Counted from the first letter of the stretch, positions 10,117 to 19,964 are shown. The stretch is 29,271 nt of DNA from Octopus sinensis (GCF_006345805.1 NW_021832947.1:1-29271); one strand, 5' to 3'. The notes: generated by a model from the letters alone, not told the origin. Program-made: numbers and translations.

Positions 10117-10497
10117 TAGGTGTAGCTGTGTGGTAAGTAGCTTGCTTACCAATCATATGGTTCCAGGTTCAGTCCCACTGCATGGCACCTTGGGCAAGTG
10201 TCTTCTACTATAGCCTCAGGCTGACCAAAGTCTTGTAAGTGGATTTGGTAGACAGAAACTGAAAGAAGCCCATTGTATATACATATATATGTGTGTGTGT
10301 GTCTGTCTGTGTTTGCCCCTCTACCATCACTTGAAAACTGATGTTCGTGTGTTTACATCTCCGTAACTTAGCGGTTCGGCAAAAGAGACCAATAGAATAA
10401 GTACCAGGCTTACAAAGAATAAGTCCTGGGGTCGATTTGTTTGACTAAAGGCATTGCTCCAGCATGGCCTCAGTCAAATGACTGAAACAAATAAAAG

Positions 10498-10498
<1 letters not shown>
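10117..10498 (+). mobile_element. SINE family B, full length, head-to-head with the 9625-10038 copy
   Basis: gctgtgtggtaagtagcttgc...ggcaccttgggcaagtgtcttc...cagtcaaatgactgaaacaaataaaag. Confidence 0.93.
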
Positions 10499-10530
<32 letters not shown>

Positions 10531-10560
10531 ATTTTGATTTTGATTTTGATTTTTCCAGTT

Positions 10561-13557
10561 TCAGCTAATGAGCCGTGGCCATGCTGGGGCACCGCCATTT
10601 GGTTTGCTACACGATTTTACCTCACGGATGCTTTTAGCAAACGCCATCTGATGCATGAGAGAGTTCGATGCAGCTGCCCTCATCTGCACCTCCTGCCGTG
10701 AAGTTGGTTCATCCGGGACACCTGACAGGAAGAGATCCAGTCCTACTTTAAAGACATCCGCATCTACACCATGCAGGTCCCTCAGATTCTTCGGGAGGAT
10801 ATTGAAGAGCTGTGGGCCTCTGAAGCCCAGGCTATCACAATATCTTGTCCTACATCTTGATGGCAAATTTGGAGTCCTTGGTACTACGCAGTGGCATCCG
10901 GTTCTGGCATTTGTGTGACTCTCGATGCCAAAGTCTGGGACAAGTCCTTCCAGGATCTTCCAGATATATATTATGGCATATCTTTCTCGCCTACGCTCCA
11001 GGGAATAGAGCTTTAATCTCTTGAGTCTTTCCCAGTAGCTCATATGCTGCACAGAGGCTATCTTCTTCGTGTAGCTTCGTTGGATCGCCTCAAGTTCTGT
11101 GATCAACTTGACACTAGATGGTGACCATAGCTGAGAGCAATAGTCAAGGTGGCTTAGGACAAGTGTCTTCCAGAGGACCATCATGGTTTCTTGTTCTCTT
11201 GTTCTAAAGGTTCTAAGAATCCATCCAGCCAGCCGTCTACATTTCATTGTCAGTTTAGCAACAGGTACATGAAAGGTCGCGTCATCACTCATGTAAATAC
11301 CCAGGTCACGCACTGATTGTGCCTCTGGGATTGCAATCCCTCCGGGTCCAGTGTATTCATTGGGTATTGCATTCAGTTTTGCATGCTGATAGTATAAAGC
11401 TTGAAACTTTTCAGCATTGAACTGCATGCTATTCTTTTCAGCCCACTTGTATATTTCGTCCAGCTCACATTGCAGGTGCTTAGTGTCTTCAGGGTTCTGT
11501 ATTGTCTGTGAAACTTTTGTATCATCTGCATAACTTGTGATCGTGGCTCTCCGCGTGGCTGAGGGCATGTCTGAGAGGGCCATTATGAACAGTAGTGGTC
11601 CCAAAACAGTGCCCTGTGGAACACCGCTCACTATTTGCGTGCTACTACCACCTGACTTCTATTCTTCAGAAAGTCGTGAAGCCATTCTCCCAATTTTCCA
11701 ACTATGCCAAGATCACGCAGTTTGTGACATATCATTCCGTGATCGACTTTATCAAAGGCCTTTGCAAAGTCGAGATATATGACTTCCACATTTGAGTGGT
11801 TGAGCAGTTGTTTCAGCACCAGTCATAGTGTTGTAGGAGCTGAGTTAGCAGCTTCTTCCTGGACGGAAACCATGTTGGGTGTCAGGCAGCAAGTCATTTT
11901 CTTCAAGGAAGGTGATTAGTTTCCTTTTGACTATTCGTTCCATGACCTTGCTGATGTGTGAGGTGAGAGAGATAGGTCTGTAGTTCTTGGCCTCCGCTCT
12001 GCTACCTCCTTTATGAATAGGGCATATTTTACCTTCCTTCAGTTTCCTTGGAAGTTTGCCAGCTGCAAGGAAGCTCTGAAAGAGGAACTGCAGTGGTCTT
12101 GCTAGGACTCTCTTACATACTTTTAGGAGGATTGCCGGGAATCCATCGGGGCCAATAGCTGAGTCTGTTTTCATTTCATCTATAGCCTTTATTACATCGT
12201 CTTCCTTTATATCGATGTAATTTATCGTCGCCGCCTCTGATTTTATATCTGCAGTGGTAAAGAAGTCAGTTGGATTGCTGATTTGGAAATGCCCAAGGGG
12301 TGGAGTGAAAACACTCTTGAATTGCTCATTCAGTATTTCACTTACCCTCATTGGTTTTCCTGTGAGTGTGCCATCCTTTTCAAGGAGTGGCCCTATCCTA
12401 CATTGCACCGTAGCTGTTTCTTTGGCATACCTGTAGAAAGCTCTGGGGTTAGATTTTATGTTGTCTATAGCCCAGGCTTCTTTGTCTGCTCTTTCCTTTT
12501 CATGGGAGAGTTGCAGACAGTTTTCAATTTCCAACAGTTTCATTTTCAGGCGGGACTTTTCACTGCTTTCAGTTTGTTTGTTTAGGCGATTTGAGATTTT
12601 TGTGCGCCGTCTCATTAGAATTTTCCTCTCTCTGGGGATTTTGTTCTTGTGTATAGTGGCCTTTCTCTCTGGGACACATTTGTAGCATATGGCTTGCATT
12701 ACAGACATGAATTGTTGAAGTTTCATGTCGATGTCTGGCGAGGAGAGACATTCAGGCCAGTTTTGTTTGAGGATCTCTTTCTCAATTTGTTTCCAGTTTG
12801 CCTTATTGAAGTTCAAGCTGGAAAGATTCTGAGAGTTTCTTGTAGGCTGCATGTCCATTGTTTCCTTTGGCCCGTACATGGTCAGCTCTACCATGTTGTG
12901 ATCCGAGAGTAGTGTCGGCGTCACTTTCACATTATGGATGAGATCCATATTATTTGTGAAGCAGAGATCCAGTGTGTTACCTGCCCTGGTTGGTTGGAGT
13001 ATTACTTGCTCCATGTACAGGGTGTTGATGAGGTTCAGGAGGGACCTCACCTGTCCCCGTTTACATTGTGTCATTCCTGGGAGAGAAAGGCCCTCGGGCC
13101 ATCTGACATTGGGCAGGTTGAAGTCTCCCATGAGAAGTACACTTATGTGCTGTTCTAGTGTGACTAGAACTTCTTCTATTTTTATAAGGCACTCTTCAAA
13201 CTTGCCCATATGGCTTGGGGCATCTGGAGGGCGATATGTAGCACACACAACTACACCAAGTTGCCTTACATGTACAATTAGTGTGTCACACACCGAGTTT
13301 GAGTATGACAAAAGGACCTTGGGTGTGAGGTCCTCACGGATGTACATAGCAACTCCTCCATGACTCCTTTCTTTTCTGTTGGTCCGTAGTACAACATACT
13401 GTGGTATGTTTACTTCCGCATCCGCTATGTCCGGTTTCAGGTGTGTTTCCGTAAGTGCTATGCATAAGGCTTGATTGCATGCAACAAAGTCTCTCAAGAA
13501 TGGGACTTTTGTCCTGTTACTGTGTGTTAGTAGTCCTCTGATGTTCAGTAGGAGCAT
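10561..13557 (-). pseudogene. LINE ORF2 (APE endonuclease + reverse transcriptase), interrupted only at ~11630-11850
   Basis: An open 618-aa frame (11845-13701; likely start MLLLNIRG at 13557), a bridging piece (11631-11819) and an open 356-aa frame (10561-11631). The lesions are two 1-nt deletions (TGC[C]TA, TGG[G]TG) and an inferred ~20-nt deletion before SGVPQG. Confidence 0.9.
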
Positions 13558-14189
13558 CGAGGTGAGGCGTATGCTGTTGCCGGTGGTGTCCACCTTGGGT
13601 CTATTTGCTGTGGTGGTCTTGTGAACTGTGGGTAGTCCCATCTGCGAGCTTGAGTTTGATGGAGCCAGGTTAGCTGCTGTACAATCTTTTGTGCCATGCA
13701 CAAAAAAGATTCTTGTTCAGCAGCTGCCCTTTCAACAACACATTGGCGGTTTGTGGTACACACCACATCTGCGTACCTCCGCTTTGGGGCAGGTGGTGCG
13801 TGGTCCATCCCTTTTCCTTTCGGTGGTTGGTTTCTGCGGCAGGGTCCCGGATGTGCAAAATGGCAGCCTGCACCTTCCTCTCCATGCCAGCAGGCACCTC
13901 TCAGGTAGAACCTACACACCCATGTGCGCTGCTTGTTTCCATCCTTTTTGGTATATGGATAGTTAGGTTTGCTTCTATCCTTGGCTGTTTTGTTTTTTGG
14001 TTTTCCCTGAGTTTTAGTTTTAGATTTTCCTCCTTTTTTGGTTCTTTCATCTCCATGTCCATGGCTTTTGGTGCTGGTAGGAGGACCCGCACTTGGGTTT
14101 ACTTCCCGGGCAGGTTTCTCACTGGAGTTTTCTTCCTGGGCGTCTACCAGGTGGGGGCTGACCTTTTTCATCAGTGCCCGCGTCTCCAT
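13545..14189 (-). CDS. LINE ORF1 (possibly 5'-truncated): basic region plus CCCH-type zinc finger
   Basis: 214-aa open frame with a Lys-rich stretch and CRFYLRGACWHGEEGAGCHFAH (C-x7-C-x8-C-x3-H, 13851-13916). Its stop overlaps the ORF2 start. The first ATG borrows AT from the flanking (TA)n, so the true start may be lost. Confidence 0.75.
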   Translation of the reverse strand: METRALMKKVSPHLVDAQEENSSEKPAREVNPSAGPPTSTKSHGHGDERTKKGGKSKTKTQGKPKNKTAKDRSKPNYPYTKKDGNKQRTWVCRFYLRGACWHGEEGAGCHFAHPGPCRRNQPPKGKGMDHAPPAPKRRYADVVCTTNRQCVVERAAAEQESFLCMAQKIVQQLTWLHQTQARRWDYPQFTRPPQQIDPRWTPPATAYASPRCSY

Positions 14190-14490
14190 ATATATATATA
14201 TATATATTCTTTTATTTGTTATTTGTTTTATAAATTTATGTATTCATAGATTTTTTTATATGTTTTTTTTATATGTTTTAATATTTTAATGACTGATACA
14301 TTGGTACATTTAAAAACTGATCTACATCGATCCATGGCAGAATATACGTTTATAAAAAAATTGTAAAACCTATCTGAAATCCTCCTTAACATATTTCTGT
14401 CTTTGCTCCTCAGGGTTTTTTATCCAACCACTTCAAACTACTGCCTATACAATAAACAAAGTAACTTTACTCTGTGTGTGTATGTGTATG

Positions 14491-14524
<34 letters not shown>

Positions 14525-14527
14525 TAT

Positions 14528-14897
14528 ATTCTTTTACTTGTTCCAGTCATTGGACTGAAGCCATGCTGGAGCACTGTCTTGAAGAATTTTCAGTCGAATT
14601 AATTGACCCCAGTAATTATGCCTTTTTTTTTTTGTTGTTAAGCCTGGTATTTATTCTATTGGTCTTTCTTGTCAAACAGCTCAGTCACAGGGATGTAAAC
14701 ACATCAAGCAGTGATGGGAGCATGTTAAACACACACACATATACAACAGGCTACTTTCTGTTTCTGTCTACCAAATCCACTCACAAGGCTTTGGTCAGCC
14801 TGAAGCTTTAGTAGAAGACCTTTGCTCAAGGTGTCATGCAGTAGGACTGAACCTGGGACCATGTGGTTGGTACGAAAGCTTCTTACTACACAACCAT
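14528..14897 (-). mobile_element. SINE family B, diverged full-length copy
   Basis: Tail cagtcattggactg...gccatgctggagcac, core ctaccaaatccactcacaaggctttgg, head ...ccatgtggttgg...cttactacacaacca. Confidence 0.85.
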
Positions 14898-14911
14898 ACA
14901 TATACATATAT

Positions 14912-14956
<45 letters not shown>

Positions 14957-14971
14957 ATTACATAATATCCA

Positions 14972-15019
<48 letters not shown>

Positions 15020-15074
15020 CATACATATATATATGTATATATATATATATCTATATATAATTGTATATATATAT

Positions 15075-16777
15075 TGTGGGATGACGTCAGCAGCTGGGGA
15101 GCTGACTGGAAGAGGAAGGGCGCAGGAGTGATGTGTGCGCAGGCAGGGGAAGATTGGGACTTTTCGATCGGGGTAGCCAACAGTCCTGGACATGTGAGCG
15201 CTTCAACAAGGTAAGGGAAAAGCAGCTGCTATTTTTAGCGTTTGGGTCAGGCCACATGGAAAGGTGCGTCACTACCGGAGAGGTCTGCACCGACGAAGAG
15301 AGGGTAGGTATCTTTACTTCAAATCTCCCACATACACCACAAGCTATTTTGGCACTCCACATGGCAGCTAAAATGAGGATCGCCAGCGAGAGCAGAGCCC
15401 CGCAGGGAATTGCGCCACATATTTTGGCACTCCACATGGCAGCTAAAATGAGGATCGCCAGCGAGAGCAGAGTCCCGCAGGGAATTGCGCCACATACATC
15501 CATTCGATGGTCAGCGGTGGACAATAGAGTGGTGATGGAAAGACGAGCCCCGATCCTGAAGAACAGGGTGAGCTGCTACCAGCATACCCTGAAAGATCAC
15601 ACCAGGGTCAAGTTCGAAGATGAGATAGCGAGGTGGATCGAGGAAGGAGTCCTTGTCCTGTGAGAGGAGGAGGTAGTAGGCGGAGTGCTACTTCTGATGG
15701 CAGTGGTACAGCCGACGAAGGGAAAAGTCAGACCGGTGCTGGACTTTAGAGGGCTAAATGAGGATTTATTGTGCCACACAGGAGTCAAGGCAACGGACGT
15801 TTGTGACAAAATGTTATGTGTGTGGAGACAGTCGATCAAGGCAGCAACGATTGTCGACTTGAAATCGGCATACTTGCAGCTCCATGTGAGCGACAAACTG
15901 TGGCAATATAAGCTGGTGTGGTACAAGGGCTGGACATACTGTTTAACCAGGCTGGGTTTTGGACTGAATTCTGCTCCAAAGATCATGGTGTCAGTGCTTA
16001 AGTCCATCCTAGGGAAAGAGGACAAGATAAGAAAGGCCACCAGTTCCTACATAGACGACATTTTGGTGGGCAAAACTGTAGTATGCCAGCCAACGAGGTA
16101 GTGAGACATCTGGAGAAGTTTGGACTGATTGCGAAGCCACGAGAGTCGATGGAAGGGGGAGCTGCACTGGGGCTGAAGCTGTGAAGGGATAGATCGGATG
16201 AGTTGGTGTTTTGTAGAGGAAATGAAATCCCAGAGATGAGTTCCAGCGTCAGCAGGAGAGAGCTGTTCTCGGTGTGTGGGAAGTTGGTCGATTACTACCC
16301 GATTGCTGGATGGCTGCGCACAGCGTGCAGTTACACCAAGAGACAAATGGAGGGGGAGAGTTGGGGGTGACAAGGTGGGAGAAGGGATGGGGACGATGAT
16401 GCGGGAAATCCTAGAGAGGACAAGAGCGGAAGACCTGGTCAGAGGGAACTGGTATGTGCCCAAGACGGAATGCGGGACCATTTGGTGTGATGCTAGCAGT
16501 ATAGCGATAGGGGTTGTGTTGGAGTTCGAAGGCACTGAGGTGGAGGACACAGCCTGGCTTCGGAAAGCAGACGACTTTAATCACATCAATGTTGCCAAAT
16601 TAGATGCGGTGCTGAAGGGGGTGAACTTGGCCCTGAAATGGGGGCTGCACTCAATCGAAATCTGGACAGATTTGGCCACTGTGCTTGGCTAGGTAGGATC
16701 GGTGATCACCAATGAGAGGAGAGTTCAGACAAAAGGTGCCGTGGAGAAGTTGGTGAAGCACCGTCTGGGAGTTCTAG
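15075..16777 (+). mobile_element. LTR-retrotransposon (Gypsy-like) pol fragment: protease-like remnant, RT, RNase H; no integrase
   Basis: Begins with TG after (TA)n. Motifs LFDRGSQQS, KVRPVLDFRGLN, VDLKSAYLQL, RLGFGLNSAP, YIDD (16048-16059), WCDASS, HINVAKLDAVLKG and WTD. Premature stops at 15661 and 16690 plus frameshifts. The superfamily is inferred from the motifs. Confidence 0.8.
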
Positions 16778-18256
16778 AACTGCCCCACCGAGCTTATCTC
16801 CAAATATCTCGACTGTGTCCTTGCCCCCCTAGTGGCTTCTCTTCCTTCTTACATCCATGACACCAACCATGCTCTTCGTCTATTCAACTCTTTCTCCTTC
16901 CCTCCTGGCTCCTCCAAACTTCTCTTTACAATGGACATCCAGAGCCTCTACACTGTGATCCCTCACCACGGGGCTGCGTGTACTGAAACACTTCCTGGAC
17001 CTCCGACCCAATCCCCAACCTGACACCTCCACACTCGTTCATCTGGCCGAACTTGTTCTCTCACTCAACTGCTTCTCGTTCACAGGCGAGTTCTACCTCC
17101 AGATCTCGGGAGTGGCCATGGGAACGAGAATGGGCCCCAACTATGCGAACCTGTGTTGAGGCCCAAATATTCTCTAGTTTCACTGGTCCCACTCCCGAAC
17201 TATATGGCCATTATATTGACGACTGTATTGGTGCCACCTCACTCTCCTGCAAATATCTTACGTCAAATCTTTCCATCCTGCCCTCCACTTCTCCTGCACT
17301 ATCTCTGACACCTCTGTCTCCTTTCTTGACATTTCATCCAGAATTCATCACTCCACTCTTACCATTTACATCCACTACAAACACACAGACTCACACTCAT
17401 ACCTAAACTTCTCCTCCTCCCACCCCAAACACATCAAGCTTTCCATCCCCTATTCCCAATTCCTCCGTCTACGCAGGCTCTGTAGTGACAACCATGACTT
17501 TGAGACTCAGTCTCAACTCATGGCTCGCCACTTCATCCTACGTGGATATCCTCTCACCACTATCCACACCGCCCTTGCCAGAGCACATTCCGTGGATCGT
17601 GCATCTGCTCTCTCCCCCCAAACCCACCCTGCAGTCTCCCACCTCCCTTTTCCTCTCACCTACCACCCCACCTCTCCAACGCACCATTCTCCGAGCTTTC
17701 TGGTATCTCCAGTTCGACCCGTCCACTTCACACATCTTCCCTAACCAACCCCTCCCTCCTTCAAACGAGTCCACAACCTACGAGACCTCTTGGTCCACAG
17801 CTTCTTCCCCAACCCTACCTCCCAACCTGGCTCGTTCCCCTGCTCCCGCCCTCGCTGCCGCACTTGCTCTTACCTCTCCAACACCACTCTCCTCACTGGC
17901 ACCCATCATCGACCCTATCGCATCATCGACCCCTTCACCTGCCCTGCACCTGCACCTCCAGCAATATCATCTATTGCATCTCCTGCTCTCTCTGCCATTC
18001 CCTGTACATCAGACAAATGGGACGCCGCTTGGCTGACCAGTTCGCGGAACACCTCCAAGACATCCGCCTCGGCAATGACACCCCGGTCTCATGCCATTTC
18101 CACTCCACCGGGCACTCCTTGCAACACCTGTCTGTGTTCAGATTGTCCTTGCACAGAGGCCATCCGGACTCCCGTTTGCACCGTGAACAGGGATTAATCT
18201 TCTCTCTTCGCTCTTTTACGCCATTTGGGCTCAACTCTACTCCCTTCTTCATCTAA

Positions 18257-18860
18257 CCTCCTCCCTGACTCCTACTTCTCTTCAATCCTACATCTTTTCA
18301 CCTTTACTCTCTTTACCTCTTCTCTCTTACTCTCTGCTCCTCACTCTCCTTCTCTCCTCTCTCCCCCTCCTTCCTCCTTCTTCCCACCCAACTCTCCTCT
18401 CTTGCCCTGGCTCCTACTTCTCTTCACTGCTACTTCTCTTCACCCCTACTCTCTTTCTCTCTTCTCTCCTATTCTCTTTCTCTCCCCTCTTACTCTCTTT
18501 CTCTCCTACTCTCTTTCTTTCCCCTCTTTCCTCTTACTCTCTTTCTCTCTTCTCTCCTACTCTTTCACCCTCTCTTTCTCTCTTCTCTCCTCCTCTCTCC
18601 TCACTCACCCACCTTCCACTCCCCACACAAGCCCACCCACCCCTACTCCACCTTCCCATCCCCCCATCCTATCCCACACACCCTCCCCCACCCCACCCGT
18701 GCTTCCCCAATCTCGCCTCCCCCACCTCCCAACAACATCACACCACATCACATTACACCATACAACATTACACATCACATCACAACACACCACCCACACA
18801 CCCATCCCCACATCTTCACACCTACACATACATACACGCACACGTCCAGACCACCAGCCC
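18257..18860 (+). repeat. Low-complexity CT-rich then CA-rich tract inside the PLE 3' region
   Basis: Almost pure polypyrimidine from 18257 to ~18620 with recurring ctctttctctcttctctcctact. It explains the 251-aa S/L/P ORF. Confidence 0.85.
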
Positions 18861-19038
18861 TCTTTCACACGCACATACATACTCTCTTATACACACATGC
18901 ACCTTTGTGTTGGGGGTCATCTTTACCTTGTTATCTCCCCTACTTTCCTTTCTGTGTTTGACCCTTCTGTCCGGCACTAGTCGCCATGATAGATCGTTAG
19001 CCACTACACACATTTTTTTCTCTCCTTGTTTTTTCTGT

Positions 19039-19080
19039 GTCCCTTTCTGTAGAAGAGCGTAGGCTCGAAATGTAAAAGAC
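19039..19080 (+). ncRNA. Minimal type-I hammerhead-like motif (A6U core variant) in the PLE terminal repeat
   Basis: GUC(CC)UUU-CUGUAGA-A-GAGC(GUAG)GCUC-GAAA-UG-UA-AAAGAC. Confidence 0.55.
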
Positions 19081-19168
19081 TTTTTCTATTCCTGAGCGTT
19101 ATACTAATACAACTGTTTGTTTAGTATACCACCTGTCTTTGTCTTTTGTTGTTTTTTTCGTAAATTCT

Positions 19169-19221
<53 letters not shown>

Positions 19222-19336
19222 ATGTATGTATGTATATATATATATAATAATAAATATTAGGGAATAAATCCAAATTTACAGGGAAAGAAATCAGATTTAG
19301 GATTAAATCCAATTTTATAGTAAAATATTATATAAT

Positions 19337-19557
19337 ATTAATTAGAGACAAAACCACTATTTTGCAAAACAAACAAGGAAAGACTTAATCAATACATAAG
19401 ATTTTAATAAAAGTCAAAAAACCGCCACTACAATTGTTTCTTGTCCTGATCAACAATCTTCAGGTGGACTTCCAATTTTCAAGTCAGTTTCAAATTATGT
19501 ATTGATTAAGTCTTTCCTTGTTTGTTTTGCAAAATAGTGGTTTTGTCTCTAATTAAT
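19337..19557. repeat. Perfect 63-bp inverted repeat (19337-19399 and 19495-19557), 95-nt loop
   Basis: attaattagagacaaaaccactattttgcaaaacaaacaaggaaagacttaatcaatacataa is the exact reverse complement of 19495-19557. Confidence 0.95.
19425..19467 (-). ncRNA. Minimal type-I hammerhead ribozyme, canonical core
   Basis: The minus strand reads CCAC-CUGAAGA-UUGU(UGAUCAGG)ACAA-GAAA-CAAUUG-UA-GUGG: stem I CCAC/GUGG, intact CUGANGA and GAAA, palindromic stem III ACAAUUGU and a GUA cleavage triplet. Confidence 0.8.
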
Positions 19558-19605
19558 TATATATTAATATATATATTATATAGATAATATATATATATAT
19601 ATAGT

Positions 19606-19826
19606 AATGATTCTTTTCAATCTTTGCACAAGGCCAGCAATTTTGAGGAAAAAGGGGAAGTTGGTTAGATTGAGCCAAGTACTTGACAAGTAATTTAATT
19701 TATTGACCCTGAAAGAATGAAAGGCAAAGTTAACCTCAGTGGGATATGAACACAGAAGGCCAAATGCTGGAAGAAATGCCACTGAGCATTTGGTCTGACA
19801 TAGCAACGCTTCTGCCAGTTCACTGC

Positions 19827-19828
<2 letters not shown>
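19606..19828 (-). mobile_element. SINE family A, old diverged copy
   Basis: gcacaaggccagc tail, gaatgaaaggcaaagttaacctc body and ttctgccagttcactgcc head. Confidence 0.75.
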
Positions 19829-19865
<37 letters not shown>

Positions 19866-19964
19866 CAATAATGAATGAAAGGAAAAGTACTTTAGTACAG
19901 TTTACCAACTGAAAAGTATAAATTGAAAATTGCATTGGCAACTACTAATAGTTTCCATATACAG

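Larger units (their letters stand above)
10527..14189 (-). mobile_element. Young CR1-group LINE with two ORFs, (AAAATC)n tail, flanked by (TA)n on both sides
   Basis: APE endonuclease motifs (LNIRGL, ALTETHL, GDFNLP, NTLDLCFT, LSDHNMV) and RT motifs (NYRPISLT, YLDFAKAFDKVDH, SGVPQGTVLGPLLF, YADD). The tail is (GATTTT)n on the plus strand at ~10527-10555. Confidence 0.95.
16778..19170 (+). mobile_element. Penelope-like element (Neptune-type), 5'-truncated: RT, Cys motif, GIY-YIG, pyrimidine-rich 3' region, terminal repeat
   Basis: NCPTELISKYLD, LPSYIHDTNH, TMDIQSLYT, GVAMGTRMGPNYANL, YIDD (17212-17223), YSQFLRLRRLCS, PCSRPRCRTC and NIIYCISCSLCHSLYI...EH, with the ORF ending at 18256. Frameshifted. 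Confidence 0.88.
19250..19557 (-). mobile_element. PLE terminal-repeat fragment of a different family, with 5' inverted duplication
   Basis: Contains a canonical HHR and a perfect inverted repeat, sits between (TA)n tracts, and has no coding sequence. Confidence 0.65.

Noticed and set aside
10117-10190. tRNA-like A/B boxes
   Set aside because: These are SINE heads. There is no complete cloverleaf, so they are not called tRNA genes.
14414-14460. 47-nt microexon candidate (ctcctcAG ... GTAACT)
   Set aside because: Two frames are open and one is phase-compatible with 19965, but it is too short, has a weak donor and shows no recognisable peptide.
15082-15089. TGACGTCA (CRE palindrome) in the putative LTR start
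   Set aside because: A single 8-mer with no evidence of function.
18225-18980. 251-aa Ser/Leu/Pro-rich ORF following the PLE ORF
   Set aside because: It arises from a stop-poor CT-rich low-complexity tract.
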